A model generated the notes under the pieces. It had not been told where the DNA came from. It was given only the letters and a program-made list of their open reading frames with translations, and did no database searches. A program made the position numbers and the translations under genes. Below, in pieces: positions 48,101 to 58,035 of a stretch of 64,000 nucleotides of DNA. Within the stretch, counting starts at the first letter, position 1. Each line of letters starts with the position of its first letter. This DNA comes from Vulcanimicrobiales bacterium (GTDB lineage Bacteria; Vulcanimicrobiota; Vulcanimicrobiia; Vulcanimicrobiales; Vulcanimicrobiaceae): contig JBBRLI010000001.1 in NCBI GenBank assembly GCA_038231455.1, positions 288,001-352,000 of the forward strand. The letters are read 5' to 3'.

Positions 48101-49731
48101 TAAAAACGCAACGGCGGCGGTGTAAATCCGGCGCGCCCGCCCATGCGATCCATCGTCGCGATGAGTTCACGTCGAGCAGCTGCGAGGATAGGCCGATCGC
48201 GCAAGTCGTCCAGTGAGACGAAACGCCGCATTGCATGGAGCATCGCTTCACCGCCGTACTGCATCATATTGCTAGCGTCGTCACGGATCGCGTATGCCGC
48301 GGTTACCGCGCGTACGTGCACGAAATCATGGGCTCGCGCAAGCCGGATCCAAAGCTCCCAATCTTCTGCATGACGGAATTCTTCGTCAAACCCGCCAGAT
48401 TCTGTGAGGACGCTTCGATCGAGTAGCGCCGACATCGGCCCGATGCCATCGCTAATGTGGATGGTGTCGCGGTCGACGTCGCCGTCGAGATAAACGGCGT
48501 AGCCGTAGGCCCGGTATGAACCATCGGTCTCGCGATCAAAGTACTCGCTGAGCGTGTCGGCGTGGGCGACCACGCCTCCAGAATGAACGAGCGCATCGAC
48601 GAGTCGCGCGACGTGGTCGGGGAAGAGCCGGTCGTCATCGTCGAGCCAGCCAAACCAGCGGCCTCGTGCCGCTCGTAGACCGACGTTAAGTGAAGGGATC
48701 GCACCTTGCCGAGTCACGTTTCCCACGATGCGAGCATTCGGATAGCGCTCCACGATGTCATCGACGGGGTCGCTGCCGTCATTCACGACGACAATCTCGA
48801 GCGATCGATACGTTTGCGCAGCGACACTTGCGATCGCGCGTTCGAACATGGCGCGACGGTTGTACGTGCGGATGACGATCGTGACGAGATCGCCGTCAGT
48901 CGGCAACCCGAAGGCATCGCATCGCGCGCGCACCGGAATCGTGTGCACGCGCGGCCTTTGAGCGCCAAGCGCCAACTGGACCGCACCCAGCAGCGAGAGC
49001 CGATCCCACGGAGCATAGCGCGCGACACCCGAACAGTACTCATCGATCCCGCTCGTAAACGGTGCGACAAGCGCCGCATCGAGTGCAGCGATGCTGATGG
49101 CAACGGCGGGATCATCGAGTCCGGGAACGACGATGACGCGCGCGCGTCCGAGGCCGCGTGCGGCTGGTTCGGAAGCGAACCGCATTCCCGAGCACAGCGA
49201 CGTGTCGCCGAGGACGAGGATCGGTGCATGGATTTCCTGGAGGGCAAAGACGCAGAATGCGACGAGCGCTGGGAGCTCTTCCGGCGCGTACACGACGATG
49301 GCGTCGCAGCGATCGGCAATTTCGATTGACGGTATTTCTGTCCGCTCGACGGCGATCGAAGCACGTTCGTATGGAAGATCCAGGAGCGGCGCAACGCGCT
49401 CCCACTGCGTCCAAGACGCGACTTCGATCGCATCGGCACAGCGCGCCGCATCGCGCAGCGTCTTCACGAAGCGCGGGTCGATCGCACCATAGTCTTTCAT
49501 CGGGCGACCGTCGATAACGAGCGATTCGTTCGCGAGCGCATCGAACGCCGCACGTCGTTCGTCGTAGTCCGTAGTCGAGCGCAAAATATGCGGGACCGTC
49601 GCGATGGTGAAAACGGCGCGAGAATCACAGCCGCGCAGGACGAGCGTTACGTGCTCGGCTCGTTCGCGAGCGACGACGATCGCACGTAAGGCATCGAGCG
49701 AGCGTTCAGGCGAGGCGAGAACCCGGATCAT
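48100..49731 (-). CDS. Glycosyltransferase family 2 protein with long N-terminal extension (paralogue)
   Basis: IRTYNR, VVNDGS, WLDDDD, EDWELWIR. Confidence 0.85.
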   Translation of the reverse strand: MIRVLASPERSLDALRAIVVARERAEHVTLVLRGCDSRAVFTIATVPHILRSTTDYDERRAAFDALANESLVIDGRPMKDYGAIDPRFVKTLRDAARCADAIEVASWTQWERVAPLLDLPYERASIAVERTEIPSIEIADRCDAIVVYAPEELPALVAFCVFALQEIHAPILVLGDTSLCSGMRFASEPAARGLGRARVIVVPGLDDPAVAISIAALDAALVAPFTSGIDEYCSGVARYAPWDRLSLLGAVQLALGAQRPRVHTIPVRARCDAFGLPTDGDLVTIVIRTYNRRAMFERAIASVAAQTYRSLEIVVVNDGSDPVDDIVERYPNARIVGNVTRQGAIPSLNVGLRAARGRWFGWLDDDDRLFPDHVARLVDALVHSGGVVAHADTLSEYFDRETDGSYRAYGYAVYLDGDVDRDTIHISDGIGPMSALLDRSVLTESGGFDEEFRHAEDWELWIRLARAHDFVHVRAVTAAYAIRDDASNMMQYGGEAMLHAMRRFVSLDDLRDRPILAAARRELIATMDRMGGRAGFTPPPLRF

Positions 49732-49767
49732 CGTGCCGCGCGTTCGGCGATCGGCACGCGATTGCCC

Positions 49768-51636
49768 TTATGGGCTGACGGCGAGCGAAGTCGTTCCGGG
49801 TACGTTGAACATCAGGCTCGATCCGGCGAACCCCGATGTAATACTGGCGATCGGATAGGAAGAGACGTTTCCGTCGGACTGCGCGACGAAGAGATAGGCG
49901 TTGTTCGGCGAGACGACCATCGCCGTCACCGTCGCGCTCGTCGAACTTTGGAATGTATACCCCGTCGGCAATGCGCCTGCGTTGTTAAAATACGAGATTG
50001 TCGACGTCGGAGAACCGGTCGCGACAAAGACGCTTTTGCCGTCCGGCGATGCGGCCATTGCATTAAACGGTGTACCGGAGAGGATCACGTTTCCCGAGGC
50101 CCCCGGATTCGAATATGCGTACAGATATCCGTTCCCGTTCTGAACCATTTGGAAGATATTGCCGCGCGCTTCAACCAGCGCCAGCGGCGAACCGACATAC
50201 GAATTGTTGTTCGCCCCATTGGTCGGCGGCACGATCGTGAACGCATTGAGGTAACCAAGCGTGGCATCCGAGGTGATAAGCGTCGTCGCCGGGTTGTCGA
50301 CGGCGATCTTCATCGGACCAACATTACTGTTCGGCCCGGGCGAAATCATGGCCGGAGTCGGGCCGCCCGCCCCAAGCGTGAGCGAGTAGAAATTGCCCGC
50401 GGGCATTGGCGAACTGGGCGTTGAGAGAGCGTAGCCCGTGCACGAACCCGGATTGATGACGATTCCCGTTGTGTTCCCGTATGCAACTGAGGCCGTCGCA
50501 ACGCTGAGCGGCCCGGTAGGGGCCGTAAGATTCACGACGCTCACGGTATGGGCGCCGCCGCCCGTGTCGTTGACGCCGACGATCGCCTGCGCGAGATATC
50601 CCCCGCATGATCGGGAGACCCCGGCGAGCGTTGTTGGCGTGTAGCTCCCAATGGCGATTCTGCCGATCTCCGTCGCCGTCCCCGCAAGCGATAGCAAGCC
50701 ATCAAACGCGTGGACGTTATTATCGGACGCACCGGCCAGAAGATAAAAATCCGGCTGGATCAAGAGCTGAACTGGCAAAGCAATATATTGGTTCGAAAAC
50801 CCGCCTTGGACCGTCGCGGTCAGCGTTACATTCGCACTCGAGTTCGCCGGATAGGACAGCGCGACTGTCGTCGATTGCGGAACCGGTGCGCCGCCCGCGG
50901 GCACAACGAGCGGCAGCGTCGATGTGACGATCGCTGAATTTGCAACCGGCCCCGTAATCGCATTGCCCTCAACATCGAGGAGCGTAACCAGGACAGCGTT
51001 GCTTTGCGCGGTCCCCTGATTCTCGAGAAACGGCGTCGTCATTGGCGAAAATGTCGCGCTCGAAGCGATCGGCACAGTGGTAATCGTTACGTGATTTACG
51101 GCATTATTGTAAACGGGAATCGGCGTGGCTGAGGTGTAGGTCGCGAGCAAATATCCATTGGGGTTCGAAGGGCCGGCATACGTGACGCCGTTGTATTCGT
51201 TGATGATGAATGTATCGCCCGAACTAACGGGGACGTTGATCGTGATCGGATACGGTGTGGGTGCACTGGTCGACCCGGTTGCCGGAAAGCTAAACACCGT
51301 CTCCGTCGGAGCAGGCGAAGGTGTCGAACTCCCCGCGAAGACGGTCACGCCGATTTTGAGAACGCCCGAGCCGAGATAGCCAAGCTGATAATTTGCCTTG
51401 CGCGAACCGGAAATGCGGTGTAAGGACGGACTTCGTTTGGGCGGATTAACAAGAATGGTAACCGGGACGGTGGGTCCGGTTTTCAGGCCGGATTGCGTGG
51501 CCGCTGGAGCAGTAGGAACCGTGCGGGCGACGGAACCGCCGCCCGAGCAACCGGCAACGACCGCGAGCGTTCCAAGCGGAATACCGAGCGAAGTTAACGC
51601 TAAATTGCGACGCCCACGAGAATCTCCCGATGCCAT
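49768..51636 (-). CDS. Ser/Thr/Pro-rich surface lipoprotein, possible C-terminal beta-propeller
   Basis: Lipobox VAGC-SGGG; repeats AASPDGKSVFV, VVSPNNAYLFV. Confidence 0.7.
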   Translation of the reverse strand: MASGDSRGRRNLALTSLGIPLGTLAVVAGCSGGGSVARTVPTAPAATQSGLKTGPTVPVTILVNPPKRSPSLHRISGSRKANYQLGYLGSGVLKIGVTVFAGSSTPSPAPTETVFSFPATGSTSAPTPYPITINVPVSSGDTFIINEYNGVTYAGPSNPNGYLLATYTSATPIPVYNNAVNHVTITTVPIASSATFSPMTTPFLENQGTAQSNAVLVTLLDVEGNAITGPVANSAIVTSTLPLVVPAGGAPVPQSTTVALSYPANSSANVTLTATVQGGFSNQYIALPVQLLIQPDFYLLAGASDNNVHAFDGLLSLAGTATEIGRIAIGSYTPTTLAGVSRSCGGYLAQAIVGVNDTGGGAHTVSVVNLTAPTGPLSVATASVAYGNTTGIVINPGSCTGYALSTPSSPMPAGNFYSLTLGAGGPTPAMISPGPNSNVGPMKIAVDNPATTLITSDATLGYLNAFTIVPPTNGANNNSYVGSPLALVEARGNIFQMVQNGNGYLYAYSNPGASGNVILSGTPFNAMAASPDGKSVFVATGSPTSTISYFNNAGALPTGYTFQSSTSATVTAMVVSPNNAYLFVAQSDGNVSSYPIASITSGFAGSSLMFNVPGTTSLAVSP

Positions 51637-51727
51637 TTCAAGACCTTACGCGTCGCACCAACGAACCCTGCGCTCGCCTATTTCAATCCTGTTACAGAGC
51701 GCTCAAGAAGGCGTTTTGTGCGCGGGA

Positions 51728-52957
51728 TCACGCTGTCCAGGAAAGCATCGACTCCCATTCGGTTTTCGGAAAACGCGTTTTGGTTTTGATCGCCTCAAGA
51801 TACTTGCGTTTTCCAGCGCGGTTGCCTTTGCCGAGCAAGAGGCCGCCAACGAGCCGGTCTTCGCGGAAAAACAATGCACGATAGTGCTTGAGCTCGTGAT
51901 CGAAATTCCTCACCATCTCCAGATCGTTCCGGTATTCCGGTGAGAGGCCGAACTGCGTAATCGTCTGATCGGTGAAGAGCTTTGATGAGTACTCGGGGAT
52001 ATCGTGATAGCGCTCGTCCCCGCCGGCCATGTTGATCGCGGCGACTTTCCCGTGCGCGCCCGCGTTGTTCCAGGTGCCCATTCGGTAATGCATCTCGGCG
52101 ATCGGATCGTAGAACTCTGCCGCATCGCCGGCCGCGAAAATGCCTTTGATCGACGTCTCCAGGCGATCGTCGCACTGAATCCCGGTCTTGACGCCGATGC
52201 CGGTTCCCGCGACGAGTTCCGTATTAATCGTAAGACCAAGACCGATGCCGACAAGATCGGTGTCGAGCGTGAGTCCGCTCTTGGTGATGACTTTAGTGAC
52301 CGCACCGTTAGAACGCACGAACTCCGCAATCTCTTCGTTGTAATGTAAGTGTGCGCCATCTTTACGCGCCGCTTCGTTGACATACTCGCCCGATATTTCA
52401 TCGAGCATGCGGCGCAGAAAGCGCGGACCGCGCTGGATCCAGTGCGTCTCGACACCGCGTGCGACGAAGGCTTCGGCAAGTTCGTAGGCGATGAACGATC
52501 CGCCGATCGACACGGCGGATTTTGCCGTTTCAAGCTGCTGCGAGATCGCCTTGGTATCGTCCATATACTGAAAGTTGTAAACGTTATGCGCGCCCTCGGC
52601 TCCGGGTGCATCCGATGCGTTCGGACGGCCGCCGGTCGCCACGAGCAACGCGTCGTACGGATACGAGACTCCGTTTGCGATCACGATTTTTTCTTCGGGG
52701 ACGATCTTCTCCACGCGCGTGCGCAGGTGAAGGTCGATCTGGTGTTTGTCGTGCCAGGCCTGATCGCGGATGATGACCTTCTGCTCGGTCACCTGTTTAC
52801 GGAGCATCGGGGGAAGCGCGATGCGGTTGTAGAGCGGGTAGGCTTCATCCGTGAAGAGCGCAATCGAACACGAAGCATCAAGCTTGCGCAGACCTTCCGC
52901 GCAGGTGGTTCCCGCGAAACCGTTCCCGATGATGACGTAGCGCCGCTGATCGTGCAA
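51728..52957 (-). CDS. NAD(P)/FAD-dependent oxidoreductase (ferredoxin/rubredoxin reductase family)
   Basis: IIGNGFAG, YNRIAL, YDALLVATG, IFAAGD. Confidence 0.88.
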   Translation of the reverse strand: MHDQRRYVIIGNGFAGTTCAEGLRKLDASCSIALFTDEAYPLYNRIALPPMLRKQVTEQKVIIRDQAWHDKHQIDLHLRTRVEKIVPEEKIVIANGVSYPYDALLVATGGRPNASDAPGAEGAHNVYNFQYMDDTKAISQQLETAKSAVSIGGSFIAYELAEAFVARGVETHWIQRGPRFLRRMLDEISGEYVNEAARKDGAHLHYNEEIAEFVRSNGAVTKVITKSGLTLDTDLVGIGLGLTINTELVAGTGIGVKTGIQCDDRLETSIKGIFAAGDAAEFYDPIAEMHYRMGTWNNAGAHGKVAAINMAGGDERYHDIPEYSSKLFTDQTITQFGLSPEYRNDLEMVRNFDHELKHYRALFFREDRLVGGLLLGKGNRAGKRKYLEAIKTKTRFPKTEWESMLSWTA

Positions 52958-53054
52958 AAGAGCCCCCGCGATGAAGTGGATGTAAAACGTTAGACTTGAT
53001 GATAGCGGCTTCCGCCGCCCGGTGGTACGATAGAAGCGTCATGGAGGATGAACC

Positions 53055-53393
53055 GTGCGTCAGCGTCTCGTTCGGCTAGCGGCCTCGTTCATTGGCGGTT
53101 CGAGCGATTACACGCTCGCGCGGCTGGAATTCGGCATAAAATTCCCCGCCCACCTCATGCCGCCTACGCTCACTCGTCTGCCCGATGCCTCCGAGGAGGC
53201 CCTACGCGCCCGGTGGGATACCATCGAGAGCGAGGTCGAGGGCATCCTTGCCTTCGTGAAACGGACCGACGAGGAACCCGGTACTACGGTGCGATCGGAT
53301 TCCGCGTATCTCTGGCTCAAACGAACCGCCCGTGAACTCGATCAGTATGCTCGGGCCCTGCGCTGGGTCCTTACGGTTTCCGAACGCGGCTGA
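53055..53393 (+). CDS. Hypothetical protein
   Basis: GGAGG RBS and GTG start; extended -10-like TGGTACGAT upstream. Confidence 0.7.
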   Translation: MRQRLVRLAASFIGGSSDYTLARLEFGIKFPAHLMPPTLTRLPDASEEALRARWDTIESEVEGILAFVKRTDEEPGTTVRSDSAYLWLKRTARELDQYARALRWVLTVSERG

Positions 53394-53413
53394 GCCGCAA
53401 GAAAGGCCCCTTA

Positions 53414-53791
53414 ATGAACCCCAACGACATCATCGAAAAGGCCCTCTCGCAAGCCCGCGAGATGCAGAAAACGGTGGCTGCCGCTGTCGATCAGGCGAGC
53501 ACCAACATGAAACCGATGCTCGAAGAATCGCTCAAGAACGGCAAAGAATTGCAAGAATCGCTCGGCAAATACGCAGCCGAAGCCGGTGAAGTCGCCCAGA
53601 AACAAACCGAGAGCGCGATGGGTCATCTGCAAGAGTTCATGCGCATCGGCGGCGAGGCGATGAAATCGTCCGGCGAAATCGCGCAGAAGCAGGCGCAAGC
53701 GCTGCTCGAACAGTCGAAGAAAACGATTGAATCGGCGACCGCCGCTATGGGGAAGAAACCCGAAGATCTGCACGAGGATCAGCCGCACTAA
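53414..53791 (+). CDS. Helical hypothetical protein (phasin/apolipoprotein-like composition)
   Basis: Amphipathic Q/E/K/A/M-rich sequence with internal repeat GEVAQKQ/GEIAQKQ. Confidence 0.7.
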   Translation: MNPNDIIEKALSQAREMQKTVAAAVDQASTNMKPMLEESLKNGKELQESLGKYAAEAGEVAQKQTESAMGHLQEFMRIGGEAMKSSGEIAQKQAQALLEQSKKTIESATAAMGKKPEDLHEDQPH

Positions 53792-56700
53792 GCGCTATCG
53801 CCTCGCTGCGCATTGGCGCGCAGTAGCGGACGGTGGCAAGCGTGGTTGCCCAATCGGCTAGGAGCGCAGCGACGCGTTCCGAGCCCGTCGCACGATGGTG
53901 ACGTTCCAAGAGCCCGCGGAGAAGACTCGCCGCGGGTTCTTCTTCTTCGATCGGGCGGAAGCGCAGGTCAGTTGGCCCTAAGCGCTCCTGCCACGCACCC
54001 TCGGAAATCACGAAAAGCTCGCCGCCCGTCATCCCGCTTGCGATGTTGCGTCCGAGCGAACCGACGATCGCGACGGTGCCCGCCGTCATGTACTCGCATG
54101 CGTGATCGCCCGCGCCTTCGACGACGATCGAGGCGCCGCTGTTGCGCACCGCAAGGCGCTCGCCCGCAGCACCGGAGATGTAGCCGAACCCGCCACGCGC
54201 GCCGTAGAAGCACGCGTTGCCGATTGCCGGTTCGCCCGGTGCGCCGGGGCCGCGCACGACGATCGTGCCGCCCTCCATGCTCTTTCCAACGTAGTCGTTG
54301 GCATCACCGTCGAGTTCAAGCGTGAGGCCGCCGGTGAGGAACGCGCCGAAGCTCTGTCCGGCGGTACCGACGTAGCGGCGCGTTTGATCCCCGACCGATT
54401 CGCCCGCATTGCGCTGCGTGACGACGTCGTGGGCGAGACGCGCGCCGACTGCGCGGTCGGCGGGACCGATCGGCACCAGACGCGCGTTCACCGGAAAATC
54501 ATCGAGGTGCGGTTCGCGTTCGTCCGCGGTATCGACGAGCGTGCTGCGCTCGGGCAGGCGCAAAATTTCACTCAGGTCCACATTGCGATACCGCTCGTCG
54601 AGATCCGTGCGCGCGCGAACCAAGTCGCTTCGGCCGTGAACTTCATCGAGCGAGCGCGCGCCGAGCGCGGCAAGACGACGGCGTACGTCGCGCGCGACGA
54701 ACTCTAAGAAGGCAATTGCTTCTTCCGTCGTGCCTTTGAATTTTGCACGCAGCGCGGGATCTTGCGATGCAATGCCAACGGGGCACGTGTTCTTGTGGCA
54801 CTGACGTGCATAGATGCAGCCCAGCGCCACGAGGAGCGCACTGCCGAAGCCGTATTCATCGGCGCCGAGCATCGCAGCGAGCACGACGTCGCGGCCGGTT
54901 TTAAAACCGCCGTCAGCGCGCAGCTTCACGCGCGACCGCAAGCCGTTCGCTACGAGCGTATGGTGCGTTTCAACCAGACCCAGTTCCCACGGTAAGCCGA
55001 CACTTTTGATCGAGGCAAGCGGTGATGCGCCGGTGCCGCCATCGTGTCCGCTGATATGGATGACGTCGGCGCGGGCTTTGGCGACGCCGCTTGCGACGTG
55101 ACCGATGCCGGACTGACTCACCAGTTTTACCGCGATGCGCGCTTGCGGTCCGACGCGGCGCAAATCGTAGATCAGTTCGGCAAGGTCTTCGATCGAGTAA
55201 ATGTCGTGATGCGGCGGCGGCGAGATGAGCGGCTGACCGACGGCGGCGCCGCGCAGTTCGGCGATTTCTTCGGAGACTTTGAAGCCCGGAATTTGTCCGC
55301 CTTCGCCGGGCTTCGAGCCCTGCGCCATTTTGATCTCGATCTCATCGGCGCTCGCAAGATACGTCGCCCCGACCCCAAAGCGCGCTGAGGCGACTTGCTT
55401 GATTCGACTGCGCCCGCTCTCGGGCGTGCGGGCGTAGCGGTCGCGCTGCTCGCCGCCTTCGCCGGAATTGCTCTTTGCGCCAATGCGATTGGTCGCAAGC
55501 GCGATGACTTTATGCACTTCGGGTGCAAGCGCGCCAAGCGACATCGCGGCCGTGACGAATTTTGCCACGATCGCTGAGACCGGTTCGACGTCTTCGAGCG
55601 GAATCGGATCGCGCAGCGGCACGGCTTGGATCAAATCGCGCAGCGTGATCGGACCGCGTGCTTCCATTGCATCGGAGAGCTGCTCGAAGGCCTCGTAGTC
55701 GCCGTTCATTGCACTCGCACGCAGTTGCTTGATAACTTGCGGATCGAAGGTGTGGCGCACGCCTTCCCGGCGGAAGCGGAAGAGGCCGCGATCGGCGATC
55801 GGCTCGCCCGACTTTGCGGCGGAAAACCACGCGCGCAGATCGGCTTCGATGTCGTTGAAGCCGAGCGCGGGAACGTGCGCCTTCATCCCCGGGAAACAGC
55901 GCTCGACAACTTCGCGCGCAAGACCCAGTGATTCGAACGTTTGCGCACCGATATACGAGCGCAGCGTGCAGATGCCAAGCTTGGCGAGAATCTTGATCAG
56001 GCCCGTGCGCACGGTGCCGAGATACGCTTGCGCCGTGCCGTTCGATTCGGCAAGACGCAGCGCTAGCCACGGGGTGACGACGTTCGCTCCAGCTGCGATC
56101 ACGGTCGCGAGTGCGTGCGCATCGCGAGCGAAGCCGTCGGTTGCAGCGATCGAGGCTTGCATGCGCAGCCCGGCGCTCGTGAGCCGTTGGTGCACCGCGC
56201 CTGCGGCAAGCACCGCGGGGACCGATGCATCGAAGCCGCGATCGTCGAGCACGATGAACGTGCTGCCCGCCTTGACGGCATTTTCGGCTTCATCGCAGAT
56301 CGCGTGCAATTTTGCGGCGAGCGTCGCGCCGCCAAGTCCCAGATTGATCGAATGCTGCAGCATGCGATGATCGAAGCGCAACGAATCAAACGACACCTCA
56401 TCGAGGATCGCGCTCTCGAGCATGACGACGGTATCGGGCGCCGGAACATCGCCATTCGTTTCGCCCGAACCGACGAACGCGCGCATGTCGAAGACGAGGC
56501 CTTCGCGGAGCGGATCGATCGGCGGATTGGTGACTTGCGCGAAGCGCTGGCGCAGATAGGCGGCTATCGGCATGCGCCGATCGAGGAACGGTAGGGCCGC
56601 ATCATCGCCCATCGAGAGGACGGGCTCGCCATTACCGGCGGCAAGCACACCGATCACGTCTTTGACTTCGTCTTTGCTGAAACCAAAACGCGCAAGGTTT

Positions 56701-57992
56701 GCATCGAGGTCGCCTGATTGCGGCGCAGTCGCCGGTACGGGCATCTCGAACGCCCACGTCTTCACGACGGGACGGAAATCCGCGCGCTCGCGGCGCTCTT
56801 TGCGGAAAGCCTCGGGTTCGACGAGCTCACCGGAGGCAAAGCGGACGACGATGCGTTCGCCCGGGCCAAGACGTCCGCGTTTGACAATGCGATCCGAGCC
56901 GAAGTCGACGACGCCGGCCTCCGATGCGACGAGCACTTTGCCGTTTTCGGTGCGGCACCAGCGAAGCGGACGGAATCCGCTTCGGTCGAGTGCGGCACCG
57001 AGAATATCGCCTTCGGCGAAGATCATTGCGGCCGGACCGTCCCACGGTTCGACGGTGGGGATGTGGGCATCGTAATACGCTTTGAGCCGTTCGTCACGTG
57101 CATCGATTGCGGGCGCAAGCATGAGATCGACGGCGTCGTCGATCCGGTAGCCAGCACCGATCATCGCATCGACGGCGGTATCGAAATCGAGCGAATCCGA
57201 TGCGCCGCGGTGACCGACGATGCCGCGCGCGCGCATCCAGGCGCGGTTGCCGGTAATCGTATTGATCTCGCCGTTGTGCGCGACGTAATTAAACGGTTGT
57301 ACCAAACGCCACGACGGCGAAGTATTCGTCGAGAATCGCTGGTGGAAAACGGCGAATCGCGAGGTGAAGAGCGGATCGCGCAGGTCGGTCCAAAAGGCGC
57401 CGAGTTCGTTGGAACTCAGTAAGCCTTTATACACCACCGTCGTCGGTGAAGCGGAGACCAGCGTTCCGGTATCGCCGTTTTCGCGCAAAAGGCGCGTGAT
57501 GATGCGGCGCACCGAGCGCATGCGCTCGCGGACATTGCCCGGGCCCATGTCGATGAGGAGTTGTTGGGCCTGCGGAACGGTGCGGCGCGCGTGCTCGCCG
57601 AGGACCGCGGGTTCGAAGCCGGGCGTGCGCCAACGCAGCGGTGAGACGCCGGTGACGCGCACGGCCGCCTCGATCTGCGAACGCAAGTATCCCGCGTCTT
57701 CATCGTCGCGGGGCAAAAAGAGCGCGATTGCGGCAAGGTGCCGTTCGGGGACGCGAATGTTCGAGGCGGCAAGCTCGCGGATGAGCAAGTTGCGCGGCGT
57801 CTCGACGAGAATTCCCGCGCCGTCGCCCGTCCGGCCATCCGCGGCGCGCGCGCCACGGTGAACCATCGCGCCGACGGCATCGAGCGCAAGGCGCACCACG
57901 TCGTGAGACGCTTTGTTGGCCAGGTCGGCAAGAAAGCCGATCCCGCAGGCATCGTGTTCGCGTTCGCTCATCGGCCTATTACGGTAGGCCAT
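53745..57992 (-). CDS. gltB: Glutamate synthase large subunit
   Basis: DACGIG, HQRFSTNT, HNGEIN, SNSGEGG, KPGEGGQ, PPPHHDIYSIEDL, C-x5-C-x4-C. Confidence 0.96.
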   Translation of the reverse strand: MAYRNRPMSEREHDACGIGFLADLANKASHDVVRLALDAVGAMVHRGARAADGRTGDGAGILVETPRNLLIRELAASNIRVPERHLAAIALFLPRDDEDAGYLRSQIEAAVRVTGVSPLRWRTPGFEPAVLGEHARRTVPQAQQLLIDMGPGNVRERMRSVRRIITRLLRENGDTGTLVSASPTTVVYKGLLSSNELGAFWTDLRDPLFTSRFAVFHQRFSTNTSPSWRLVQPFNYVAHNGEINTITGNRAWMRARGIVGHRGASDSLDFDTAVDAMIGAGYRIDDAVDLMLAPAIDARDERLKAYYDAHIPTVEPWDGPAAMIFAEGDILGAALDRSGFRPLRWCRTENGKVLVASEAGVVDFGSDRIVKRGRLGPGERIVVRFASGELVEPEAFRKERRERADFRPVVKTWAFEMPVPATAPQSGDLDANLARFGFSKDEVKDVIGVLAAGNGEPVLSMGDDAALPFLDRRMPIAAYLRQRFAQVTNPPIDPLREGLVFDMRAFVGSGETNGDVPAPDTVVMLESAILDEVSFDSLRFDHRMLQHSINLGLGGATLAAKLHAICDEAENAVKAGSTFIVLDDRGFDASVPAVLAAGAVHQRLTSAGLRMQASIAATDGFARDAHALATVIAAGANVVTPWLALRLAESNGTAQAYLGTVRTGLIKILAKLGICTLRSYIGAQTFESLGLAREVVERCFPGMKAHVPALGFNDIEADLRAWFSAAKSGEPIADRGLFRFRREGVRHTFDPQVIKQLRASAMNGDYEAFEQLSDAMEARGPITLRDLIQAVPLRDPIPLEDVEPVSAIVAKFVTAAMSLGALAPEVHKVIALATNRIGAKSNSGEGGEQRDRYARTPESGRSRIKQVASARFGVGATYLASADEIEIKMAQGSKPGEGGQIPGFKVSEEIAELRGAAVGQPLISPPPHHDIYSIEDLAELIYDLRRVGPQARIAVKLVSQSGIGHVASGVAKARADVIHISGHDGGTGASPLASIKSVGLPWELGLVETHHTLVANGLRSRVKLRADGGFKTGRDVVLAAMLGADEYGFGSALLVALGCIYARQCHKNTCPVGIASQDPALRAKFKGTTEEAIAFLEFVARDVRRRLAALGARSLDEVHGRSDLVRARTDLDERYRNVDLSEILRLPERSTLVDTADEREPHLDDFPVNARLVPIGPADRAVGARLAHDVVTQRNAGESVGDQTRRYVGTAGQSFGAFLTGGLTLELDGDANDYVGKSMEGGTIVVRGPGAPGEPAIGNACFYGARGGFGYISGAAGERLAVRNSGASIVVEGAGDHACEYMTAGTVAIVGSLGRNIASGMTGGELFVISEGAWQERLGPTDLRFRPIEEEEPAASLLRGLLERHHRATGSERVAALLADWATTLATVRYCAPMRSEAIALSAADPRADLRVSSP

Positions 57993-58035
57993 AAGAGACC
58001 CCCAGTCATTAGCCAATTGGCGAACAGGCCAGCTC

